Shown here in pieces: positions 44,347 through 55,223 of a stretch of DNA of 64,000 bases. This DNA comes from Myxococcales bacterium (GTDB lineage Bacteria > Myxococcota_A > Polyangia > Polyangiales > Polyangiaceae). The number at the start of each line of letters is the position of its first letter. Position 1 is the first letter of the stretch. The stretch is from NCBI GenBank assembly GCA_947473045.1, contig CANJCO010000013.1, positions 14,038-78,037 on the forward strand. The letters are read 5' to 3'. The notes under the pieces were generated by a model. It was not told the origin of the DNA. It was given only the letters and a program-made list of their open reading frames with translations, and searched no databases. The position numbers were made by a program, and so were the translations under genes.

Positions 44347-45515
44347 TTTTGGTAGGGGCGTCGTCCGCGGAGTGAGAACGCCGTCACGGCGCCCGGAAAG
44401 ACCTGCACGACGTAGGTGCCGACGAGGGCGATATCGCCGCACGTGGCGCCGCCGTCGCCGCCGGTCCCGCCGGTCACCGGGAGCCTGCCTACTGCGCTGA
44501 CGCGAATGGGCACGCCGGTGGGGTAGTTGAGCGCGCCGAACAGGCCGAGCACGCTGGTGGCGGACTGCTGCGAGTTGGGCAGCGGGTTCGACTCGTTCGA
44601 GTCGAAGTAGAGCATGCTGCCTTCGGGTCGGTAGTCGGTGTTGACCACGGCGCCCGCGAGCTTCACGTCCGCGCAGTCGTGAATTTCGCCGGCGATGACG
44701 CCTTTGTCGGGCTTGATCGTAAACCCGCCCGCCGCGGAGGCCACCGCGTTGATGTCGGTCGCGGCGACCGCGCTCGGATCGTAGCGAACCTCACCCGCGG
44801 CGGCGCCGTTTTGGCCGATTTTGCCGTTCGCGAAGTAAATATTGTAGTCGTACAGCTCGCTCCACTTCTGGGCCGCGGCGGCGTCGCTCGTTTTGATGAT
44901 GAGCGGAGTTTCGGTCGGAATGCCGGGGTAGCTGAACTTGCGCAGCGTGCAGCCGTCCGTCGGGCACTTGCTCGACCACGTGGGCTTCGGCGACTGAAAC
45001 GCGTCGCTGTCTTTGGTGACGACCGCCATGCCCACGAGCGCGCCGAGGGCTCCGTTCGCGCCCTCCTGGAAGATTTCGATCTTCACGCCGGAAGAGTCAT
45101 CGCCCGAGGAAAACAGCTTCACATAGCCGGTGAGGGTCACGGTCTGCGGTGTGCCCTGCGGGCCGGGGTCGTCGAGGCACGAAAGGTCGACCGTTTTCGG
45201 ATCGACGCCCGAATTGTAGTGCAGTCCGGTGGCGCTCGCGAGCGAGCCGCTGGGCGTGGGCAGGTAGGCGCAGCACGCCTTGATCGGCTTTTGGTCGGCG
45301 CACGTCAGCGGAGGCTGAATGTTGGGCGCTGTGCACGATGAGCACGCCGCGAACGCCGCCTTCGTGAGCGCGGACCCGGCGGCCTCGCTGGCGCAGGTGA
45401 GCGGGCCGCATTTGTTCGTGCCGGCGTCGGCGACGAGCGAGTTGGTGGACGAGCAGGCCGCGACGAAGGCGAGCGCGCCGAACGACGACAGAGCGAGACG
45501 AAGGCCGTAGTGCAT
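44343..45515 (-). CDS. Hypothetical secreted lipoprotein
   Basis: MHYGLRLALSSFGALAFVAAC-S lipobox at Met 45515. The ORF-track 5' extension to 45668 is rejected. Confidence 0.6.
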   Translation of the reverse strand: MHYGLRLALSSFGALAFVAACSSTNSLVADAGTNKCGPLTCASEAAGSALTKAAFAACSSCTAPNIQPPLTCADQKPIKACCAYLPTPSGSLASATGLHYNSGVDPKTVDLSCLDDPGPQGTPQTVTLTGYVKLFSSGDDSSGVKIEIFQEGANGALGALVGMAVVTKDSDAFQSPKPTWSSKCPTDGCTLRKFSYPGIPTETPLIIKTSDAAAAQKWSELYDYNIYFANGKIGQNGAAAGEVRYDPSAVAATDINAVASAAGGFTIKPDKGVIAGEIHDCADVKLAGAVVNTDYRPEGSMLYFDSNESNPLPNSQQSATSVLGLFGALNYPTGVPIRVSAVGRLPVTGGTGGDGGATCGDIALVGTYVVQVFPGAVTAFSLRGRRPYQK

Positions 45516-45561
45516 GATGGCTCCAGCTGCGATAAGGGACGAGGCGGTCTTATACCGAACA

Positions 45562-46632
45562 ATGAGCCACGACGCACCCGACTCCGACGCGGCATCGGCG
45601 AAGGCCAGGGTCTTGGCGCGAGCACGGGAGCTCGGCTTCGACGCCGTGGCCGTGGCGCGCGCCAGCACGCCGATCGACGCTGATTTCGAGCGCTATCAGG
45701 CTTTCGTCGCCGGTGGCATGCACGGTGACATGGGCTTTTTGGCCGAGCACCCCGAAGCGCGCGCGCGCGTCGACGGGCCGGACATTCTGCCCGGCGCCCG
45801 CTCGGTCATTTGCCTCGCGCGCCTCTACCAGCGCAGCGACGACGCCTCCGACGACGGCCTCGCGCGGCTTGTGGCCCGTTACGCACGCGGCCACGACTAC
45901 CACAACGGCGTGCGCAAGAAGCTCAGGCGCCTCGCGGCGTTCGTGCGCTCCCTCGGCGACGACGTTCGCGCCAGACCCATTTGCGACGAGGAGCCTTTGC
46001 TGGAGCGCGCCTGGGCGGCCCGCGCAGGGCTGGGATTCGTCGGAAAAAACGGGCTGCTCATCGTGCCCGGGCTCGGCTCGTATGTGCTCCTCGGTGAGGT
46101 CGTGACCACCCTCGCGCTCGAGCCTGACTCGCCGATTCCGGAGCGCTGCGGCTCGTGCAGGCTGTGTCTCGATGCGTGTCCCACCGAGGCGTTCGTGCGC
46201 CCGTTCGTGCTCGATGCCCGCCGCTGCGTGGCCTACCTGACCATCGAGCAACGGGGCGATATTCCGGCTGATTTGAGGGCCGGCGTAGGCGAGCACCTGT
46301 TTGGCTGCGACGATTGTCAGACCGCGTGCCCGTTCACCCGCGGCAAGCGCCCGGCCGCCCGCACCTCCATGTTCGCCCCGCTCGAACGCTGGTCGACCGT
46401 CACGCTCTCCGACTTGCTCGCTCCCGATCTCGCCGACCGCTGGCCCTCGATCGCGGAAGGCAGTCCCCTTCATCGCGCCGGCCCGCACGGACTCGCGCGC
46501 AACGCGGCCGTGGTGCTCGGCAATCGCGGCGACGCGGCCGCCGTGCCGGCACTTCGCGCAGCGGCGGTCGCGCACCCTTCGGAAGTCGTGCGCCGCGCGG
46601 CGGACTGGGCTGCTTCGCGCCTCTGCGAATGA
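45562..46632 (+). CDS. queG: Epoxyqueuosine reductase (cobalamin- and Fe-S-dependent)
   Basis: CGSCRLCLDACPTEAF ... LDARRCVAYLTIE ... GCDDCQTACPF, and a C-terminal HEAT-like segment. Met 45562 (MSHDAP) is preferred. Confidence 0.85.
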   Translation: MSHDAPDSDAASAKARVLARARELGFDAVAVARASTPIDADFERYQAFVAGGMHGDMGFLAEHPEARARVDGPDILPGARSVICLARLYQRSDDASDDGLARLVARYARGHDYHNGVRKKLRRLAAFVRSLGDDVRARPICDEEPLLERAWAARAGLGFVGKNGLLIVPGLGSYVLLGEVVTTLALEPDSPIPERCGSCRLCLDACPTEAFVRPFVLDARRCVAYLTIEQRGDIPADLRAGVGEHLFGCDDCQTACPFTRGKRPAARTSMFAPLERWSTVTLSDLLAPDLADRWPSIAEGSPLHRAGPHGLARNAAVVLGNRGDAAAVPALRAAAVAHPSEVVRRAADWAASRLCE

Positions 46633-47684
46633 GTCGCGACGCGGCCGTGCTATGGCTAGCGCCCATGCACCCCTTGGCCGAGGGCGTTCTGGCCCACGAA
46701 ATGCGCGCTTGTGCCCGTGCCATGCGCGTCATCGATGACCGCAGGCCCGACGCCAGCGCGATCCTCAAAGACCTCTTCCCGCACACCGGGCGCGCGACCG
46801 TTGTGGGCATCACCGGCAACCCCGGCGCCGGCAAGTCGACGCTCACCGACCGCCTCATCGAAGTCTTTCGAAAAGAAGGCAAGCAGGTCGGGATCATCGC
46901 GGTCGACCCCTCGAGCCCGTACTCGGGCGGCGCCATTTTGGGCGATCGCATCCGCATGCAGCGCCACGCGACCGATCCGGGCGTGTTCATTCGTTCGGTC
47001 GCCACGCGCGGGCACATGGGAGGCCTGTCGCGCTCGGCCAGAGACATGGTGCGCGTGCTCGACGCTTACGGCTGCGACGTCGTGCTCGTCGAGACAGTCG
47101 GGGTGGGGCAGGATGAGCTTGAAATCACGCGAACCGCGCACACGACGCTGGTGGTGATGGCGCCCGGCCTCGGCGACGAAGTTCAGGCCATCAAGGCGGG
47201 CCTGATGGAGTGCGCCGACGTCTTCGCCGTGAACAAGGCCGACAAAGACGGCGCTGACTCGACCGTGCGCGATCTCGAGCTGATGATCGCCCTTGGCAAA
47301 GACACGATGATCGCCGCAGGCAATCAGCGTGGGCACACGGTGCACGGGCGCGCGGCCGGGCTCGGAACTTCTTTTGAAAAGAACTCGGAAGTCTGGACGC
47401 CGCCGATTCAGAAGTGCATCGCCGCCCGCGGCGAGGGAATCGCCGAGCTCGCGGCGCATCTCGACCGCCACAGGGAGTGGACGCAAAACACCGAGTCGGG
47501 CAGGGCGCGCAAGCGTCTGCGCCTCGGCGAAGAGGTGCGCGAGAGTCTGCGGGAGGCGCTCATCGAGGCTGCTTCCGAGAGGCTCTCCGATGAGCTCGAT
47601 CTGGCGGTGGCCCGCGTCGAGCGGCGCGAGGTCGACCCGTACTCGGCCATCGAGCAGCTGGTCGCCCTCTTCAAATCGCGCTGA
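46629..47684 (+). CDS. meaB: MeaB/ArgK-family G3E GTPase (methylmalonyl-CoA mutase-type cobalamin chaperone)
   Basis: GITGNPGAGKSTL, VDPSSPYSGGAILGDRIRM, VETVGVGQ, NKADK. ATG 46629 overlaps the queG TGA (46630-46632). Met 46665 is an alternative start. Confidence 0.85.
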   Translation: MSRDAAVLWLAPMHPLAEGVLAHEMRACARAMRVIDDRRPDASAILKDLFPHTGRATVVGITGNPGAGKSTLTDRLIEVFRKEGKQVGIIAVDPSSPYSGGAILGDRIRMQRHATDPGVFIRSVATRGHMGGLSRSARDMVRVLDAYGCDVVLVETVGVGQDELEITRTAHTTLVVMAPGLGDEVQAIKAGLMECADVFAVNKADKDGADSTVRDLELMIALGKDTMIAAGNQRGHTVHGRAAGLGTSFEKNSEVWTPPIQKCIAARGEGIAELAAHLDRHREWTQNTESGRARKRLRLGEEVRESLREALIEAASERLSDELDLAVARVERREVDPYSAIEQLVALFKSR

Positions 47685-47744
47685 TTTTTTGGCTTTGTAA
47701 GGGCCTTTGGGGCTCATACCGTGTCTGCTTTGGAGGTGCGTTCC

Positions 47745-48935
47745 ATGAAGTCATCACGTCGAATCCTGGGAGGTCTGGCCCTCGCGTGTCTGGCCGGGTG
47801 CGGCGCCGATGCGGCCACTGTTCCGCCGGGGGCGAGCGTCGATGGCGGCGCAGCCTCCGATGGCGGCGGGCCCACTGCGGCCGACGGCGCGCGGCCTGCT
47901 ACCGACGCGTCCGCGGGGACTTCGCCGGTCGTGGGCGGCTGCCCGCTATTTCCGGGCGATTTCATCTTCAACACAGCCATCGATTCGCTCCCGGTCGATC
48001 CCGGTTCGGCCGCGTATCTGGCCACGATCGGCACCCGCAAAGTGCACCTCGACATGGGCACGCAGACCGATCAGTCAAAGCCCGATTTTTACGGCATCCC
48101 GTACAACGTCGTGAAGGGCGCATCGCTGACGTGGGCCGGCGCGAAGTACTATTCGGCGGACCCCGGGCTGAGCTGGGACGCGCGCGCCGAGTCCGATTGC
48201 GCAACGGGGCCCGGTCACACGCTGGTGTCTCCCTGTACGGCCGGGGCTGCGCCGTCGCCGGTGTTTCCCATCCCCGCGGCCCCGCTCGTCGAAGGCGGCG
48301 TCGACGCGACGCCGAGTCAGCCCTACGCCGATCATCACATTTTGGTCGTCGACTCCGACGCGTGCCGATTGTGGGAGACCTATCACAGCTATCCGGACGC
48401 CAAAGGCGGCTGGGATATCTTCGGATCGGCCTCGTGGGATCTGCGCTCGAATGCCCTGCGCAACGACACGTGGACGAGCGCGGATGCCGCAGGATTTCCG
48501 ATGCTCGCGCTGCTTCTGCGGGCCGACGAGGCGGCCGCGGGTGCGATTCGCCACGCGCTGCGCTTCACCATTCAGAGCAACAAGATTCGCAAAGGCTACG
48601 TGTGGCCTGCCCGTCACCTCACCAGCAACGGCACCACGTCGGCCAATCTCCCTCCGATGGGCCAGCTGTTTCGGCTCAAGGCGGGCTACGCCGTTCCTCC
48701 CACCTTTCACACCCAGTCGAAAGCGATCGTCGCCGCGCTCAAGACCTATGGCATGTACATCGCCGATGGTGGGAGTGACTTGTTCGTGACGGGCGAGCCG
48801 TCGGTCACGTGGGATGCAACGACGTTCGGCGAAGTGCAGTCGATCGTGACGACCGACTTCGAGGCCGTCGACATCACGGCCATCACCTCGCGCGCCGGTT
48901 TCGACCCGAACTCAGGCGCCGTCCCGCCGAAATGA
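47745..48935 (+). CDS. Hypothetical secreted lipoprotein
   Basis: MKSSRRILGGLALACLAGC-G lipobox. Conserved-looking body (IRHALRFT, MGQLFRLK), family not recognised. Confidence 0.6.
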   Translation: MKSSRRILGGLALACLAGCGADAATVPPGASVDGGAASDGGGPTAADGARPATDASAGTSPVVGGCPLFPGDFIFNTAIDSLPVDPGSAAYLATIGTRKVHLDMGTQTDQSKPDFYGIPYNVVKGASLTWAGAKYYSADPGLSWDARAESDCATGPGHTLVSPCTAGAAPSPVFPIPAAPLVEGGVDATPSQPYADHHILVVDSDACRLWETYHSYPDAKGGWDIFGSASWDLRSNALRNDTWTSADAAGFPMLALLLRADEAAAGAIRHALRFTIQSNKIRKGYVWPARHLTSNGTTSANLPPMGQLFRLKAGYAVPPTFHTQSKAIVAALKTYGMYIADGGSDLFVTGEPSVTWDATTFGEVQSIVTTDFEAVDITAITSRAGFDPNSGAVPPK

Positions 48936-48941
48936 GCGGAG

Positions 48942-50606
48942 CTACGCGCGAAGGCGCTTGTAGCGGTTGATGAGCGCGTTGGTCGAGGCGTCGTGGCTGG
49001 TCACTTCGGCGTCGCCCTCGAGCTCGGGCAGGATGCGGCTCGCGAGCTGCTTGCCCAGCTCGACGCCCCACTGGTCGAAGCTGAAGATGTTCCACACGAT
49101 GCCCTGCACGAAGATCTTGTGTTCGTAGAGCGCGATGAGCTGACCGAGCACGTGGGGCGTGATCTGCGGCACCATGATCGACGTGGTGGGGCGGTTGCCG
49201 GTGAACACCTTGTGGGGCGCTAGCGCGTCGATGGCCTCTTTCGCCATGCCCGACTTTTCGAGCTCGGCGCGCGCCTCTTCGAGCGTCTTGCCGCGCATCA
49301 GCGCCTCAGTCTGCGCAAAATAGTTGGCGAGCAAGATGGTGTGGTGCGCCCCCGACGGGTTGTGCGATCGCGCCGGCGCGATGAAGTCACAGGGAACGAT
49401 CCGCGTGCCCTGGTGAATGAGCTGGTAGAATGCGTGCTGACCGTTGGTGCCGGGCTCGCCCCAAATGACCGGACCTGTGGAGTACCCCTCGACGCGCTCG
49501 CCCTGGCGATTTACGCCCTTGCCGTTCGACTCCATGTCGCCCTGCTGAAAATAGGCAGAAAACCGGTGCATGTACTGGTCGTAGGGCAGAATCGCGTGCG
49601 TCTCGGCGCCGAAGAAGTTCGCATACCAAATGCCAATCAGGCCCATGATGACCGGCAAATTGCGCTCGATCGGGGCCGTGCGAAAGTGCTCGTCCATGGC
49701 GTGCGCGCCGCTCAGCAGCGCCTCGAAGGCGTCCATGCCGACAGTCACTGCGATCGACAGGCCGATCGCGCTCCACAGCGAATAGCGACCTCCCACCCAG
49801 TCCCAGAACTCGAACATGTTGGCCGTGTCGATGCCGAACTTCGAGACTTCTTTTGCGTTGGTAGATACGGCCACGAAGTGCTTGGCGACGGCTTCGTCGC
49901 CGCCGCCGAGCCCCGCCAGCAGCCACGCGCGCGCGGTCTTCGCGTTGGTGAGGGTCTCCTGGGTGGTGAACGTCTTCGAGGCGACGATAAAAAGGGTGGT
50001 TTCGGGGTCGAGCCCGCGCAGCGCCTCGGCCATGTGAGACCCGTCGACGTTCGAGACGAAGTGGGGAGTCAGCCGCGTTTCGCCTTCTTTTCGCCCCTTC
50101 CACCAGGGCTTGAGCGCCTCGGTCACCATGACCGGCCCGAGATCGCTGCCGCCGATGCCGATGTTCACCACATCGGTGATCGCGCGGCCGGTGTGCCCTT
50201 TCCATGCGCCGCTCCGAACGCGCTCGGTGAAGTCGCGCATTTTTGCGAGCACCGCGTTGACCTCGGGCATCACGTCGTCTCCGTTGACCGCGACGGGCCG
50301 GTTCGAGCGGTTGCGCAGCGCCACGTGGAGCACCGCGCGCCCCTCGGTGCCGTTGAGCGGCGCACCCGCGAACATCTCCCCGATCGCTCGCGGGACGCCC
50401 TGCTGCTGCGCGAGGCCGGTGAGCAGCGCGAGCGTCTGGGCCGTGATGCGGTGCTTGGAGTAGTCGACGAACAGATCTCCCACCTCCATCGAAAAGTCGC
50501 TCGCGCGCTCGGCGTTTTGCTCGAAGAGCGAGCGCATGTGCACGCCCGCCATGGTCTCGTGGTGGGCCATCAGGGCGAGGTAGGCGGGAGACAGGGTGAG
50601 CGACAT
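48942..50606 (-). CDS. pgi: Glucose-6-phosphate isomerase
   Basis: [16 protein letters not shown] and [19 protein letters not shown] signatures. Met 50606 (MSLTLSP) is preferred over the ORF-track start 50705. Confidence 0.9.
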   Translation of the reverse strand: MSLTLSPAYLALMAHHETMAGVHMRSLFEQNAERASDFSMEVGDLFVDYSKHRITAQTLALLTGLAQQQGVPRAIGEMFAGAPLNGTEGRAVLHVALRNRSNRPVAVNGDDVMPEVNAVLAKMRDFTERVRSGAWKGHTGRAITDVVNIGIGGSDLGPVMVTEALKPWWKGRKEGETRLTPHFVSNVDGSHMAEALRGLDPETTLFIVASKTFTTQETLTNAKTARAWLLAGLGGGDEAVAKHFVAVSTNAKEVSKFGIDTANMFEFWDWVGGRYSLWSAIGLSIAVTVGMDAFEALLSGAHAMDEHFRTAPIERNLPVIMGLIGIWYANFFGAETHAILPYDQYMHRFSAYFQQGDMESNGKGVNRQGERVEGYSTGPVIWGEPGTNGQHAFYQLIHQGTRIVPCDFIAPARSHNPSGAHHTILLANYFAQTEALMRGKTLEEARAELEKSGMAKEAIDALAPHKVFTGNRPTTSIMVPQITPHVLGQLIALYEHKIFVQGIVWNIFSFDQWGVELGKQLASRILPELEGDAEVTSHDASTNALINRYKRLRA

Positions 50607-50801
50607 GGACGCGAAGGATAACTGAAGCGCGCGCGGCGCGGGTGTCACCTTGTTGGCCTGCCGGCGCGGTGGTTCGTAAGATTCGAACCATGTTCCTCGA
50701 CGCACTGTTTCACGCGCGCCTCGCCTTTACGGTTCTCGGCGCGATCTCGGCCACATGTTTTGGCCTCGCGGCGAGCGCCGGCGGGCTGATGTAACGCGCC
50801 C

Positions 50802-51503
50802 TCAGCGCCGGGCGCGGGGAGGCTTGCGGCCCACAGTCTCGGCCTGAAACGCGCTCGGGCACACGAGTCCATCGCCGGCGGTCGCCAGCGGGCACTCGTC
50901 ACATTTCGGTTTTTGCGCAGCGCATACGCGGCGCCCGTGGAAGATGAGCACGTGGCTGGTGCGGTCCCAGTCTTCGCGGGGGAGCAGCTTGCACAGCGCC
51001 TGCTCGATGTCGGCGGGCTCCGTCTCTTTCGTCCACCCGAGGCGCTGCGAGAGGCGCTGCACGTGCGTGTCGACGACGACGCCTTCGGGCGCGCCGAAGC
51101 AGACCCCGAGCACCACATTCGCCGTCTTGCGGCCCACCCCCGGAAGCTCGACCAGCGCCGCCAGGCTGCGCGGAACCTCGCCAGCGTGCCGCTCGCACAG
51201 CAGCTTCGCGAGCCCCACCAGGTTCTTCGCCTTCTGGCGAAACATTCCGATGCGGTTGATGAGGTCTTCGACGTCTCGCGGCTCGGCAGCGGCGAGCGCC
51301 GCTGCGTCCGTGTATTTTGCAAACAGGGCAGGGGTGAGCTTGTTTACAGCCACATCGGTGGTCTGCGCGCTCATCACGGTCGCGCACAAAAGCTGAAACG
51401 GGGTTGCGTGGTCGAGCTCGCAGTGGGCGTCCGGATGACGCACGGCGAGGAGCCCGAGCATGGCCCGGGCCTCAGTCGCCGTCTTTTTTTTGCGCGCTGC
51501 CAC
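50802..51503 (-). CDS. nth: Endonuclease III
   Basis: HhH-GPD LPGVGRKTANVVL, VDTHV, Fe-S cluster CAAQKPKCDECPL...C. Confidence 0.9.
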   Translation of the reverse strand: MAARKKKTATEARAMLGLLAVRHPDAHCELDHATPFQLLCATVMSAQTTDVAVNKLTPALFAKYTDAAALAAAEPRDVEDLINRIGMFRQKAKNLVGLAKLLCERHAGEVPRSLAALVELPGVGRKTANVVLGVCFGAPEGVVVDTHVQRLSQRLGWTKETEPADIEQALCKLLPREDWDRTSHVLIFHGRRVCAAQKPKCDECPLATAGDGLVCPSAFQAETVGRKPPRARR

Positions 51504-51512
51504 GCTCGTGGC

Positions 51513-54134
<2,622 letters not shown>

Positions 54135-54195
54135 GCGTTTGGACTGCCGAAACTACTACGCGGATGCGCAGAGGTCTACTGCCCCCCCGCGCCGG

Positions 54196-55122
54196 CTACG
54201 AGCGGTGCAGCTTGTCGAGGCGACTGAGAATTTCGGCGTGCATGTCGTCGACCTTTTTGTGCATGTGCGCGATCTGCATTTCGGCCTTCAAGTTCACGTC
54301 GAACTCGATGTCGTTGCGCACGCGCTCACGCGCGGCTTGCCGATTTTGGCTGAGCAGCACGAACACGCTGAGCACGATGGCTTCGAGCGACACAGCCATG
54401 GTGAGCAGCCCGAAGGGGAAGGGATCGAACCCGCCGATCGCAGTGCCGACGAGCGGCCGTACGTTGAGCACGACCCACACGAAGAAAATGCCGAGATGGA
54501 TGAACAAAAACGGCAGACTTCCTGAAAAGTCGCTGATCCAGTCGGCGACCTTCATTACGGTCGAACGCTTGTCTTCCTGCTCTTCGTTGACGTTGCGCGA
54601 GGCGGTGTGGCGCAGCAGCATCGACGTCTCGCGCAGGCGCTTTCCAGTCGCGGTGAGCAGATCCATCGCCGTGTGCGGTTGCAACTTGACGAGCTCGTCG
54701 AGGTCGCCGCGATCGACGCGAATCGCGTCGAGGTCGGCGATGACCTTCGCGGTCGCAGTGCGCGGGCCGTTGTCGAGCAGCGAGATCTCTCCGAAGAAAT
54801 CGCCGGCGCGGGCCGTATCGAGCACAATGGTGTTGCCCGTGTCGTTTTCGAACGAGATCTCCACGACGCCTGCGATCACCACGAACATCGCGTCGCCGGG
54901 ATCGCCGAACGAAAACACTGTCTCACCTGCGCGAACTTGCACGAGATCGACGCGCTCGGCGAGCACTGCGCGCTCGGCGGGATCGAGCAACGAAAAAAGC
55001 GGTACGTCCGCGAGCGCATCGGCGGTGCTGGACATTGCAGTAGTCTCCGGCGGGCGAGCGTAGCTCAGGGGCGTGGGGAGGTCCGCAGCCATTTCGCAGG
55101 CGCGCTGGCGCGATCGGCCCAT
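54196..55122 (-). CDS. Cyclic nucleotide-binding domain protein with C-terminal DUF1003-type membrane domain
   Basis: cNMP fold GDFFGEISLLDNGPRTATA. Two TM helices (LPFLFIHLGIFFVWVVL, LLTMAVSLEAIVLSVFVLL) followed by a coiled tail. Confidence 0.75.
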   Translation of the reverse strand: MGRSRQRACEMAADLPTPLSYARPPETTAMSSTADALADVPLFSLLDPAERAVLAERVDLVQVRAGETVFSFGDPGDAMFVVIAGVVEISFENDTGNTIVLDTARAGDFFGEISLLDNGPRTATAKVIADLDAIRVDRGDLDELVKLQPHTAMDLLTATGKRLRETSMLLRHTASRNVNEEQEDKRSTVMKVADWISDFSGSLPFLFIHLGIFFVWVVLNVRPLVGTAIGGFDPFPFGLLTMAVSLEAIVLSVFVLLSQNRQAARERVRNDIEFDVNLKAEMQIAHMHKKVDDMHAEILSRLDKLHRS

Positions 55123-55223
55123 ACGGGGTGCTGTGCTGAAAGCCCTTGGGCTGCGCGCGGGCAGTCACCTCGGAGAACGACTCTCATGACGTAGCTCATT
55201 TTCGTGCCCTGCAAACGGCTGCG

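Noticed and set aside
50669-50689. Hairpin tggttcg-taagatt-cgaacca (7-bp stem, 7-nt loop) in the nth-pgi intergenic region, superficially like a tRNA arm or a terminator.
   Set aside because: No flanking acceptor, D-arm or anticodon structure and no T-loop consensus, so it is not a tRNA. No U-tract follows on the minus strand, so it is not a convincing intrinsic terminator.
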